DNA from: a virus
Lineage: Duplodnaviria > Caudoviricetes
Length of the DNA: 64,000 bases
Strand: one strand, 5' to 3'
Virus record (IMG/VR): IMGVR_UViG_3300043391_000113
Location: 660-64,659 of that record
Positions 26,980 to 36,369 of this stretch are shown piece by piece (position 1 is the stretch's first letter; every line of letters starts with the position of its first letter). A program made the position numbers and the translations under genes. The notes below the pieces were generated by a model, which saw nothing but the letters and a program-made list of their open reading frames with translations, made no database searches and had not been told where the DNA came from.

Positions 26980-27972
26980 TTACGCAGGCATGTACTTGCG
27001 TGGGTTTATTTGCTTGCCTTGGCGCGGATTGCCCGTGCGTGCGTGACGAACTTTGTTCATCATTGCGTACAACTGCTTGGCACCTGCGTCTGTAGATCCA
27101 TTACCCAAGTGGGAGACGACATCGGCAGGCACGACAAACTCACCTTCAGCCAATCGTGCAGGTTGTTTGCGACCTATCCGTGCTGGGATATTATCAGACA
27201 TCCCGTCGCCGGGGCCTTTTAACAGCCGTCCGCCATCAGAATAACCACCCAATGTGCTTACTCCACCACCAGCCGCCATAGTCTGCATGTTGCTGGATGG
27301 CCCACCAACCATGATTGGGCCTTGATTTAGCCCAGCAATACCACCTTCTGCATAGAACCTTGGGGTGTAGTTGGCTGGGTCATATCGAAACTTGCTCAAT
27401 GGCCCGGAGTACTTCTCTTCCTTTGGCACTTTGTACTTGGCCTGATCGGCCAGCATGAGCGCACCGATACCAGCACCGCCACCATAGAGTGCTTTTTCTG
27501 GAGTGGATAGTCCTTTCCACCATGCTTTGGTGTCAGAAATTGGACCACCGGGAGCTTGCGGCATGCCCGCACCAGCGGACTGTGCCACGGGAGCAGATGC
27601 AGAGGACATAGGCCCTGCACCAACTTGAGCACCAATAGGCTGGTTCATCCCCGGCACAGTAGACATAGGGCCGGGACCAGCGCTCGCAACAGACAATGCA
27701 TTAGGGGTATATGGAACCCCCGCCGCGCTACCTCCGGGTACTGCACCATTAATAATAGGTGCGGCTCCGCCGCCACCAGCACCACCAGCGGCTCCAGCTT
27801 CGGCAGCACCAGCGCCACCGCCAAATACGGCACCACCAATTCCAGCACCAGCGCCACCAGTGGCCGCACCAAGTAATGCTCCTTTCAGCGGGTCACCGCC
27901 TTGGATGGCCGCGCTTCCACCACCTAGTGCTGCGCCAATCAGTGCGCCTTCAACAATTCCACCACCTGCCAT
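26980..27972 (-). CDS. Gly/Ala-rich virion protein
   Basis: C-terminal GPGDGMSDNIPAR...LAEGEFVVPADVV segment resembles those of phage tail/internal proteins. Confidence 0.65.
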   Translation of the reverse strand: MAGGGIVEGALIGAALGGGSAAIQGGDPLKGALLGAATGGAGAGIGGAVFGGGAGAAEAGAAGGAGGGGAAPIINGAVPGGSAAGVPYTPNALSVASAGPGPMSTVPGMNQPIGAQVGAGPMSSASAPVAQSAGAGMPQAPGGPISDTKAWWKGLSTPEKALYGGGAGIGALMLADQAKYKVPKEEKYSGPLSKFRYDPANYTPRFYAEGGIAGLNQGPIMVGGPSSNMQTMAAGGGVSTLGGYSDGGRLLKGPGDGMSDNIPARIGRKQPARLAEGEFVVPADVVSHLGNGSTDAGAKQLYAMMNKVRHARTGNPRQGKQINPRKYMPA

Positions 27973-27985
27973 GATAGTTCCTTAG

Positions 27986-28279
27986 TTATCCAACTTTCCA
28001 ATTCGTGCCGTCTGAATATACAGGCACTTTAGTTGACCCGCCACCGGCTACCGTGGAGCCAAATGTAGACACAGAAGAGTCAATAACAAACCCTCTAGCA
28101 CCTACACCCGATACAGCCGCGCTTGATAACTGGGCTACCCTTAACGGAGTACTTGGCCGATTAACCGCGCTATCAATCTGATTGAAGTACAACCGTAAGA
28201 TGTTAGTAAGATCGTTAATATAGTTCTGGTCGTACTCAACAGTTGAGTTGGGTAGGCGCGGAGCTACGATATTACTCAT
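27986..28279 (-). CDS. hypothetical tail-associated protein
   Basis: Coupled to upstream tail gene (ATGA overlap). Confidence 0.6.
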   Translation of the reverse strand: MSNIVAPRLPNSTVEYDQNYINDLTNILRLYFNQIDSAVNRPSTPLRVAQLSSAAVSGVGARGFVIDSSVSTFGSTVAGGGSTKVPVYSDGTNWKVG

Positions 28280-30420
28280 CTGCGACCGTCATTACGAATA
28301 TCAATTCGTGGCGAGCCAAGCTGCCATTGCAGCCCAAGCTGGTTTCCTTCAATCTTAAACGCCATCTGGCGCCCGCGCACGCGGGTGTATACCTGCCCAG
28401 TATACTGCTCAATTGGATACGTGGCTGTACGGGTGGCCGTAGCGTAAGCGTTGCCCCCCACTGATAGTGGGCTATTGTACCCGGAACCTGAGTTTTGCAG
28501 GGGGTACAGCGTCATGGTTACTTGGGGTGCTGCGGCAGTAGAACCATTAAATTTAAGGTCTGGCAGCATACGCCATACAAACCCAAAGTTGTGCCCGTCA
28601 TCAATATCAAACTCGGACGACAGGATGTACGACTCGATTGGTACGCCCGTAATTGAATCCGTGCAGTCGTTTACGCCGTTCTCATGCCAGACAAGATTAC
28701 GTGAGTAAGTTGCAGCAATCGGGTAGTTGTTTAACCCACTATCAAGCCAAGCCGTACGCCCCATCGTGCCGTAGTACCAGATGTTTTCCAAGTAGTTATA
28801 TATAACATAGCGGTCTATTACTGTGCTGTTAGACGAACAATAGAACCACCAGACTTCGTTAAAGCCTTCGTTTGTGCTAGCGAAAAACTGTTGGGACTGC
28901 GTTTGATTTATGTCATTAAATACATATTGACGAAGATCGCAGCTTAGCGTCTGTACACGCCCGTCATACTTGTAGAACTTGTCCGTGCCCAACCAGTATA
29001 TGACCCCAGAGGCTAACGTAACAGCGTTTGGCCCGGCGATTGAAATGCCATCACCAAGAAGTTGTGAACCCCACACTATCGGCGGGCCGAGATACTGTAA
29101 AGAGTATAGAGATGAATCAGTAAAAACAACGATCTCTTGCCGACTCTGCACGGTCGTAACAATTTCAGAACCGTGTGACAACCGCAAACTACCAGCTTGG
29201 TTAGTAATAGCAGGGAACCACGTAGTCAATGATTCTTGGTCAGACCACCGGATAAGCATAGGGTCAAGCGTGGTGCTACCGTAATCATTTGTACCAAACA
29301 CCAAGATAAACCGACTAGCGTCCGATACCGTAAATGAGTTTTGATACAGCGGAGCGTACCCATCAGACCCGCCTATACTGGCGAGAGGGTAACCCCGAGC
29401 AGAGACATAATGCGTGCCAGACTGTGTGCCCGTTGTATTGATAGCCGATCCGTTATACGTGGCGGATAAGTTGCAAGTGGTAGCGCCAGAGTTGACAACG
29501 TAATAAACAGTGCCCGGAATCAACCCAGTGGGCAAATACCCCGTGGTTGTTAGTGTAATAGCGGTCCCGTTTGGTATTGCAATACCGACTGTAAGAACAG
29601 CGGGGCTGGCAACAGTTACCGTAAAGATAAAATTCTGGTAGCCAATAACCGCATCCCAGTAATACAGCGGTGACCCACGAATGCCATACAGCAAATTCTG
29701 CCCATAGTTAATCTGATTCCAAAGCTGCAGCGCCGCGCTTATTGATGTGCTACCGTATCCCCAAGTACCTATAAGCGATGGTGGCGCAAACGTCGGCGGA
29801 GTGCCCCATGATCCAGCGCCCCACCCAACAATTGGCACAGCATATTCTGGCCCCGAATTGATTTGGTACGAAATGTAGACCGTACCGCCGCCAGAAGTAT
29901 TAGATGATGCAATGCCAGTGAGCGTGATGCTGTAGGTACTGGTTGTCAAGTACGTGATGACATATTCACCAACCGGAACAGTTACACCTCCCACTGTGGG
30001 AGCCGCGCCAGAGTAGTAAATATTGATGTATGCGCCGTTTACGGCCCCGTGGTTGGCATCAGTAATTGTTATTGTCGTGTTGCCACCAGAATTGGACGCT
30101 GTGGAGGTAGCAAACGGATTGGTCAGCGTGCTGGTCTTGCGGATTGGGGTAACGTCATAGTACGCCCCACCGTTCTCAATATAGAACTTCAGGTTTGTAC
30201 CAACACCCGTCAGGCTCTGAGCAGCAAGCGTCACCCAAGACCAGAGCGACCGGCAGACCCCAAGAAATGTATTGGCCGAGATTTGTAACCAACCGCCTAT
30301 TTTTTCAGGCGTGCCTTGCCGGAAGCGGATTTTTTCCGACTCGTAGTATCCACCCTCGTTGGTGTACCGCGTGTTTTCGCGGTTAACTCCCGGCCTGAAC
30401 AGTATCTTCTTGAGTGGCAT
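28276..30420 (-). CDS. tail nozzle / packaged-DNA stabilisation protein (P22 gp10 or T7 gp12-like)
   Basis: PGVNRENTRY...KIGGW start, LIRWSDQE, beta-rich 714 aa. Confidence 0.65.
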   Translation of the reverse strand: MPLKKILFRPGVNRENTRYTNEGGYYESEKIRFRQGTPEKIGGWLQISANTFLGVCRSLWSWVTLAAQSLTGVGTNLKFYIENGGAYYDVTPIRKTSTLTNPFATSTASNSGGNTTITITDANHGAVNGAYINIYYSGAAPTVGGVTVPVGEYVITYLTTSTYSITLTGIASSNTSGGGTVYISYQINSGPEYAVPIVGWGAGSWGTPPTFAPPSLIGTWGYGSTSISAALQLWNQINYGQNLLYGIRGSPLYYWDAVIGYQNFIFTVTVASPAVLTVGIAIPNGTAITLTTTGYLPTGLIPGTVYYVVNSGATTCNLSATYNGSAINTTGTQSGTHYVSARGYPLASIGGSDGYAPLYQNSFTVSDASRFILVFGTNDYGSTTLDPMLIRWSDQESLTTWFPAITNQAGSLRLSHGSEIVTTVQSRQEIVVFTDSSLYSLQYLGPPIVWGSQLLGDGISIAGPNAVTLASGVIYWLGTDKFYKYDGRVQTLSCDLRQYVFNDINQTQSQQFFASTNEGFNEVWWFYCSSNSTVIDRYVIYNYLENIWYYGTMGRTAWLDSGLNNYPIAATYSRNLVWHENGVNDCTDSITGVPIESYILSSEFDIDDGHNFGFVWRMLPDLKFNGSTAAAPQVTMTLYPLQNSGSGYNSPLSVGGNAYATATRTATYPIEQYTGQVYTRVRGRQMAFKIEGNQLGLQWQLGSPRIDIRNDGRR

Positions 30421-30857
30421 TACTTGCTCGCTACGCCTTTGTGCTTCTCAAAGGAACGCATACCACCAAACCCAAGCAGACCGGCCAGCAACGTCATGAG
30501 TTGTTCAACTTGCAGGTCAGGAGGCGGGTTTAAACCTTTTGGAATGATATCGTAACCTTGACCAAAAGCCCACAACCACTGCATCAGGGGGTAACCCAAA
30601 AATTGGTAAGCCAACCCAAGAACGCCCACCCACCCCACAGCAGGGCGCCACCCAGCGACAAAAAAGTTAGAAGACGCCGCTTCAATTTTATTGACTTCAA
30701 CCTGAGCCAAGTCGGTGGCTTGGTCAATGCGTTTTTCCTCAAGGTCGAGCTTGCGCTCCTCCAACGCCATCTCCGCCCGTTCTTTATCCGTTGTGATGAG
30801 CGAATCCGCAACTTTGCCAACGCCTTCAATGATTGAACCTATACCTATCAGATCCAT
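30420..30857 (-). CDS. holin (3TM, GTA-type)
   Basis: EAASSNFFVAGWRPAVGWVG...LLGFGGMRSFEK; adjacent to endolysin. Confidence 0.85.
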   Translation of the reverse strand: MDLIGIGSIIEGVGKVADSLITTDKERAEMALEERKLDLEEKRIDQATDLAQVEVNKIEAASSNFFVAGWRPAVGWVGVLGLAYQFLGYPLMQWLWAFGQGYDIIPKGLNPPPDLQVEQLMTLLAGLLGFGGMRSFEKHKGVASK

Positions 30858-31372
30858 TACTTCAGCCCTTTCAAAGTGCGATTTATCCAGCCGAGGAGGA
30901 ACTTGGACTGGGTACGGTTTTTATTGCAAATGTCCGCGTAGCGAGTGATCTTTGCCAGCGCGTAGGCTTTCCGAAACGCTTCTGGTTCAACACTGTTGAA
31001 CTTTTCCACGGTCTTGTCGCCAACTGCGCCGTCTGGTGTAGCGCCCACGATCAACTGCGCGAGCTTAACCGCGACGCCCATGCCGGTGTTTACGCCAAAG
31101 TTGAAAACCGATTCCGCAACAACTTGGTTCGTAATTTCATCGCCTCGTAAACGATCCCAAAACTCAGCTTTATAGAATCCACGTACCATTCCAGTAAGGA
31201 GCGGATTGTTGATTTCTTTGTGATCAATGAGGTTCCATCCGCCCCACTGGGGGTTTTTGTTTCGTGCAATTCCAGCATAAGTCATCCCTCCGGTATCACC
31301 GGGAATAGTGTGTAGAACGTAGCCGCCTTCGTCGCGGATCATCTGTTCAAAGGCTTGCTCAAAGTTAGCCAT
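30857..31372 (-). CDS. endolysin, glycosyl hydrolase 108 with peptidoglycan-binding domain
   Basis: EGGYV...GDTGGMTYAGI; KFLLGWINR. Confidence 0.9.
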   Translation of the reverse strand: MANFEQAFEQMIRDEGGYVLHTIPGDTGGMTYAGIARNKNPQWGGWNLIDHKEINNPLLTGMVRGFYKAEFWDRLRGDEITNQVVAESVFNFGVNTGMGVAVKLAQLIVGATPDGAVGDKTVEKFNSVEPEAFRKAYALAKITRYADICNKNRTQSKFLLGWINRTLKGLK

Positions 31373-31683
31373 TATTTCCTCGCCATTCTGTCTTCGATGA
31401 TACTGATGTGCTTCTGGTTGTCATGGATCATGTCGCGGTTGCGCTGAATCTCTTTCTCAAGCTCTTGCCGCAGTTTTTCCCTTGCTAGTTCAGCCCCAGA
31501 GTTAGTGGCCTGTTTGTTGTCGCTGGTAACAACAAGGGAGATTTTGGCGTTGAGTACAGTGACCTCATGCGTAAGTTTGTCTAACGCAGACATCAGGTAG
31601 ACCACGCAGGTGAACAAAATTGGAAGAACAGCAAAGGCCGTCTTCTCGATAAGCTGACTCTTGGCTTCAAGTTTTTCGCTCAT
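31372..31683 (-). CDS. membrane-anchored coiled-coil protein in lysis module
   Basis: N-terminal TM FAVLPILFTCVVYLM then coiled coil. Confidence 0.65.
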   Translation of the reverse strand: MSEKLEAKSQLIEKTAFAVLPILFTCVVYLMSALDKLTHEVTVLNAKISLVVTSDNKQATNSGAELAREKLRQELEKEIQRNRDMIHDNQKHISIIEDRMARK

Positions 31684-31838
31684 TGCTTATCCTTTACCTT
31701 GTTGATCTGCTCCCAAGCAGACTTCATTTTTTCCTCAAGGACCGCAACCCGTAGGTCCAACTTAGACAGCACGATGATAAGCGTTACGAGACCGAGCAAC
31801 ACCGGCCATGCTTTCAGAAAGAGTTCAGCTATTTCCAT
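31680..31838 (-). CDS. small TM protein (52 aa, not in ORF track)
   Basis: MEIAELFLKAWPVLLGLVTLIIVLSKLDLRVAVLEEKMKSAWEQINKVKDKQ*; ATGA overlap with next gene. Confidence 0.65.
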   Translation of the reverse strand: MEIAELFLKAWPVLLGLVTLIIVLSKLDLRVAVLEEKMKSAWEQINKVKDKQ

Positions 31839-32265
31839 CACCGTGCCTCCTGATGTGCTCGTTCCGAAGGAATGTCACTTTTTTGCGCCCGTCGTGTCGT
31901 TTGACTCTACCCAAAGCGGGCGGGTTGTTCAAGTATTCTGCGGCTCGCAGGATCAAATCAGGGTCGTCATCAAAAATACCAAGCGCCGTGTTGCATCGTT
32001 TGCACAGCACCCCCCGAACATCATCAGAGTCGTGGCAGTGGTCTACCGCAAACTTGTACTGTTTAAGTTTGAGGGGGTTGTCACAGATAGCACAATTATA
32101 CCCCTGAAGTTTCAACAGGAAGTCATAATCTGATGGGGACAATCCGAAACGATCAAGACGGTTTACGTCCGCTTTGCACGGACTACACAGAAAGTAGTCC
32201 CTACGCCCGTGGATGATCAAGTCATCTTTGGCAAACTCGCCAGCACATACAGCGCAAAAGGGCAT
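31825..32265 (-). CDS. endonuclease VII-family nuclease
   Basis: CAIC...AVDHCH...VRGVLCKRCNTALG. Confidence 0.9.
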   Translation of the reverse strand: MPFCAVCAGEFAKDDLIIHGRRDYFLCSPCKADVNRLDRFGLSPSDYDFLLKLQGYNCAICDNPLKLKQYKFAVDHCHDSDDVRGVLCKRCNTALGIFDDDPDLILRAAEYLNNPPALGRVKRHDGRKKVTFLRNEHIRRHGDGNS

Positions 32266-32300
32266 TTGAATACCCCGGTGGGTCGCACCGGGGCCGGACC

Positions 32301-32543
32301 TTAGTTGTCGGTCTGTTCGTCTTCGTCTTCTTCAGCGTCGTCTTCTTCTTCAGCGTCGTCTGCTTCAGCAACTGCATTTGCAGCAACTTCAAACTGCGCT
32401 TCAATGTGTGAAGAGAAGAGGCTGCTCAGCGTAAATTCGTTGATGCCGCTTTCAATAGCAACAGCAAACGCGACAGAGAACAAACCGTTCAGCGCATCAA
32501 TCGGCTCAGAACCATCAATGGCGGCAATGATCAAGTCTTTCAT
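32301..32543 (-). CDS. small very acidic protein
   Basis: 80 aa, about 24 D/E against 1 K; GGAG RBS. Confidence 0.7.
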   Translation of the reverse strand: MKDLIIAAIDGSEPIDALNGLFSVAFAVAIESGINEFTLSSLFSSHIEAQFEVAANAVAEADDAEEEDDAEEDEDEQTDN

Positions 32544-32611
32544 GAGAATCTCCGGGGTTGATAGGCGGTTGCCCACCGCAATTTTAAAGTGGTTTTTATA
32601 CAGGACTGTTA

Positions 32612-33706
32612 CTACGTGTTGGATACGTTTGTTGACGGGAATTGACGTGCGTTACCGGGGTAAACAATACGGACTGCGCCTCCAGCGCCGCCTCCGCCCG
32701 GACCACCACTTGCTGGCCCTCCACCCCCACCACCAAACAATGCGCCACTACCGCCTGCGCCGTTGCCATACGGCGAAGTTGCTTGCCCTGAACCACCTGT
32801 AGAGCCGCCCGAACCTCCGCCGCCACCGTTATCCAAAGCGCCTATCCCGCCAGCGGGCGACCCGCCGCCACCACTTGCACCTTGGCCGTAAAGCCCAACA
32901 CCGCCGCCACCACCACCGCCAGAGGCAATATATGGTCCGGTAGTGAAGAACCCACAACCGCCACCGCCACCTCCGCCACCAGAGCCACTAGAGCCAGCAC
33001 CTGAATTCGATCCCGCGCCGCCGTCGCCGCTATACCCACCAGCACCGCCGCCGCCGGGGCCGATATAGTTTGGCGCTAAATATCCCTGCCCAGCCCCACC
33101 GTTGCCACCACCAGAGCCAACACAGTTAGTACTACCAAGACCGGCAGAAAGTATGATGGTTGAGCTTGCCGTTAGGGACGATGTGTATCCGTCGCCTCCG
33201 TTGACCTGTACCGTAATAGATTGACCCGGAGTTACTGAGTAGTTGTTTAGGTAGCGCAGCGCACCACCAGTACCACTTTGAATACCATCAAAGCCCGATG
33301 AACCCGCACCGACAGCCACGGCAGAAATTGATGTGACCCCGGCAGGAACAATAAATGTGAAGGTTCCACCAGACGTATATTCGTTTGCGCCGCCAGTGAG
33401 GATTGAATTGCTTGCCGCGCTTGGCGCACCTGACCCAAGCCCGTTGTTTGCAGTGACAGTGAATGTGTAAGAAGTAAGCGAAGACAGCCCAGTAACAGTA
33501 ATTGGCCCTGAACTTGCCGTACCCGTGAACCCACCCGGACTAGACGTTGCCGTGTAGCTGGTAATTGGCGACCCACCATTGTTTGCCGGGGCGGTGTAGG
33601 AAACCGACGCAGTATAAGAACCTATTGTAGAAGCCGTAACCCCCGTGGGCGCATCGGGCGTGCGCCCATAGCTCAGCCCAACAACTGAACTAAGAATGCC
33701 ACTCAT
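32612..33706 (-). CDS. fibre/receptor-binding-like protein, FN3 plus Gly-rich domain
   Basis: PDAPTGVTA...ANNGGSPITSYT...YTFTVTANN FN3; Gly-rich block ending GAVRIVYPG. Confidence 0.7.
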   Translation of the reverse strand: MSGILSSVVGLSYGRTPDAPTGVTASTIGSYTASVSYTAPANNGGSPITSYTATSSPGGFTGTASSGPITVTGLSSLTSYTFTVTANNGLGSGAPSAASNSILTGGANEYTSGGTFTFIVPAGVTSISAVAVGAGSSGFDGIQSGTGGALRYLNNYSVTPGQSITVQVNGGDGYTSSLTASSTIILSAGLGSTNCVGSGGGNGGAGQGYLAPNYIGPGGGGAGGYSGDGGAGSNSGAGSSGSGGGGGGGGCGFFTTGPYIASGGGGGGGVGLYGQGASGGGGSPAGGIGALDNGGGGGSGGSTGGSGQATSPYGNGAGGSGALFGGGGGGPASGGPGGGGAGGAVRIVYPGNARQFPSTNVSNT

Positions 33707-34593
33707 GTCAGCGCGGTCCCCGTGATAATCCAAGTTGTGCTTGTTACTTTTAGCGCATTGGCAACGCCATACTGACCAAGTGTGCGCGTACCTGCCGTAC
33801 CAAAATATCCCCAGTACATCGTGTCTGCGTTCGCAATACTGATCGCAGTAGACGACAAGTTCACAAACGAAATAACAGTGCCAATTGGGTAAGCCACGGA
33901 ACTATTTGCGGGGATAGAGTACGTCGCAGAACCAGCGCCAACAGCGTGGTAAATATGTTTGCCAGCATCACTCAGTACAGTTGTGTAGTTACCAGTCTGA
34001 GCGTTCTGCGGGATATTCAGGTAGCCTGCCGAGTTAGTCCCATCAATCGTGCAGTTTGAAAGCGTGCCAGAAGCTGGCGTCCCAAGCGCAGGGGTTACGA
34101 GCGTGGGGCTGTTTGAAAGTACTACTGAACCAGAACCAGTCGAAGAAGTTACCCCAGTGCCTCCGTTGACAACCGGCACAACCCCCGCTGTGAAGGGGGG
34201 AGAAATCTTTACGAAGTCCGTACCATTAAAAGCAACGGTACACCGCTCATTGGCAGCAAGCACAACGCCTGTTTGCCCTGTTGCTCTGAACGTGACTGTG
34301 TACGTACCGGAGGTGTTGAGAACAACGTAGGTTTTGCTGGCTGCTGGGGCTGTGATGGTGATGTTAACGGAAGCCGGGGACGCAATAATGACGGCATACT
34401 GGGAAGATGTGGCACCAAGCGCACCACCAGTTGTTTTGGTTAGCGTTGTGTCCGCAGTTATCGTCAACGCCCCGGCAATACATGCGTCAAGATAGGTTGT
34501 GATGTTGTTGTTAACTATGTCTCCCCAAGTACCAGACAACTCCCCGGTGGCAGGGAGCGCAAGCCCAAGAAGCGTGGTGTATGTGGTTGCCAT
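33703..34593 (-). CDS. tail fibre-like protein
   Basis: LPATGELSGTWG N-terminus; beta-rich; C-terminal IPQNAQTGNYT...YPIGT. Confidence 0.6.
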   Translation of the reverse strand: MATTYTTLLGLALPATGELSGTWGDIVNNNITTYLDACIAGALTITADTTLTKTTGGALGATSSQYAVIIASPASVNITITAPAASKTYVVLNTSGTYTVTFRATGQTGVVLAANERCTVAFNGTDFVKISPPFTAGVVPVVNGGTGVTSSTGSGSVVLSNSPTLVTPALGTPASGTLSNCTIDGTNSAGYLNIPQNAQTGNYTTVLSDAGKHIYHAVGAGSATYSIPANSSVAYPIGTVISFVNLSSTAISIANADTMYWGYFGTAGTRTLGQYGVANALKVTSTTWIITGTALT

Positions 34594-34602
34594 TAAAAGT
34601 CC

Positions 34603-36240
34603 TTACGCGGCTATTTGTGTCCAGTACGGGTTTTGGCTGTCATCAACCTGAACCCAATTGGGTGTTTGTGGGTTACTTATAAGCGTCCAGTTTGGATTTT
34701 GTGGGGTTGGGATCGGAATCCAGCCGTTGTATGGGAGAGCTACTTGTCCTACTGCGCCAACGCCCTGTACACCACTTGGGTATACTATAACATTCTGATT
34801 GAACGAAACTTGCCCAATCGCGCCTGTACCAGAAACCCCGGTAACAGTTGTCGCAGAAGAGAATACTACTGTGATTGTGCCAAGTACACCTGTAGCTTGA
34901 ACTCCGTTAACGGCAACTGATGTAGGAACCTGAGTTGTACCGATTGCCCCGTTAGCCTGTACGCCTGTGACGTATGGGATGGTTCCAACCTGACCGTTAC
35001 CCTGTACCCCAGTTGGAGATACAACTGCCCCTGCAATGATTGAGACAGAACCGATTGCGCCGGTAGCACCGACTCCGGTAGCAACAACATTTGATGCGCC
35101 GGTAGCAACTACAGAACCGACACTAGCTGTCCCTTGGACCCCGGTAACAGTAAAGATGATTGGATTAACAACAGCACCAATCTGCCCGTTACCCTGAACT
35201 CCATCTGGAAAGACAACAAAACCAAATACGTTGGTGACCTGCCCTATCTGTCCGTTGCCCTGAACCCCGGCAACAGTTAGCCCAGCGACGTTAAACGCAT
35301 CGTTTTGGAATGCGGTTGATTCAAAGGCACCTTCTGTACCTACAAGCTGGACATAACCAAGTTGCCCTGTAGCGGATACGCCGTCTACAAGAACCAGCGC
35401 AGGGACAACAACTGTTGACGTTCCGACTGCACCCGTGCCCTGCACCCCGTTTACATACGGGATGATTCCAACCTGACCATTACCTTGAACGCCGGTAACA
35501 GCAAAGTTCTGCCCTGCAATGATGGATACAGAACCAATAGAACCTGTTGCCGCGACTCCGGTAAGAGATACCGCTGCCGCGCCCGTGGCGGTTACCGTTC
35601 CTACTGAACCTGTGCCTGATACCCCGGTTACGTTAACAAAGACAGGGTTGACCGTTTGCCCGATTTGTCCGTTGCCTTGCACCCCATCTGGGAAAACAAC
35701 GAAGCCAAAAGCATTGGTGACTTGACCGACTTGTCCGTTGCCTTGGACCCCGCTAACAGTTAGACCGGCAACAAAGAACGCAGTAGGTTCAAATGCAGTG
35801 GCTTCAAACGCACCGTCTGTACTGATTGCGCGAATAGTTCCAACATCACCCGTGGCAGATACGCCGGTAACAGGGACAATAATTGGAACTGCTGCGGAAC
35901 CAATTGCTCCAGTACCAGCAACGCCGGTAACAGAGACGGTAGCGGGGATTGCAACTGTGACGGTGCCGACTGAGCCTGTACCGGATACGCCGTCTACAGT
36001 GAATACATAGCCATAGGCTAGGGTGACGGTTCCAATTGCTCCAGTGCCTTGCACACCAGAGGCGGTGAGTGCGTTAACAAAGAACGCATCACCGTAGAAC
36101 GCACCAGAATCAAATGCACCGTCTAAGTTGACGGCTTGGATAGTCCCTACTGCGCCGGTAGCACCGACGCCCGTGACAAAGGTTCCGGACTCGGCTTCAA
36201 ATGCGTTCGAATCAAACGCAATACTGAAAGCCGCAGCCAC
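34603..36240 (-). CDS. repetitive Val/Gly/Thr-rich virion protein
   Basis: Many VxGVxxTGxVG repeats, recurring AFxxxAFxxxAF blocks. Confidence 0.7.
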   Translation of the reverse strand: MAAAFSIAFDSNAFEAESGTFVTGVGATGAVGTIQAVNLDGAFDSGAFYGDAFFVNALTASGVQGTGAIGTVTLAYGYVFTVDGVSGTGSVGTVTVAIPATVSVTGVAGTGAIGSAAVPIIVPVTGVSATGDVGTIRAISTDGAFEATAFEPTAFFVAGLTVSGVQGNGQVGQVTNAFGFVVFPDGVQGNGQIGQTVNPVFVNVTGVSGTGSVGTVTATGAAAVSLTGVAATGSIGSVSIIAGQNFAVTGVQGNGQVGIIPYVNGVQGTGAVGTSTVVVPALVLVDGVSATGQLGYVQLVGTEGAFESTAFQNDAFNVAGLTVAGVQGNGQIGQVTNVFGFVVFPDGVQGNGQIGAVVNPIIFTVTGVQGTASVGSVVATGASNVVATGVGATGAIGSVSIIAGAVVSPTGVQGNGQVGTIPYVTGVQANGAIGTTQVPTSVAVNGVQATGVLGTITVVFSSATTVTGVSGTGAIGQVSFNQNVIVYPSGVQGVGAVGQVALPYNGWIPIPTPQNPNWTLISNPQTPNWVQVDDSQNPYWTQIAA

Positions 36241-36243
36241 AGT

Positions 36244-36369
36244 TTAAACCTCAGTTTCGCAGGCAACTCCAGTCACTTCGACTACACAAGAGATAACAGG
36301 AACCCACACTTGGTTCTCTTCATCCCAGATGTACTCGTTCCCGTCTTCGGGTTTTTCAATATTTACCAT
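36244..36369 (-). CDS. small protein (41 aa, not in ORF track)
   Basis: MVNIEKPEDGNEYIWDEENQVWVPVISCVVEVTGVACETEV*; shares the PxDGxxYxWDE motif with 38118-38540. Confidence 0.55.
   Translation of the reverse strand: MVNIEKPEDGNEYIWDEENQVWVPVISCVVEVTGVACETEV

Noticed and set aside
30420-31838. Rz/Rz1 spanin pair
   Set aside because: TM proteins are present but I found no lipobox-containing partner
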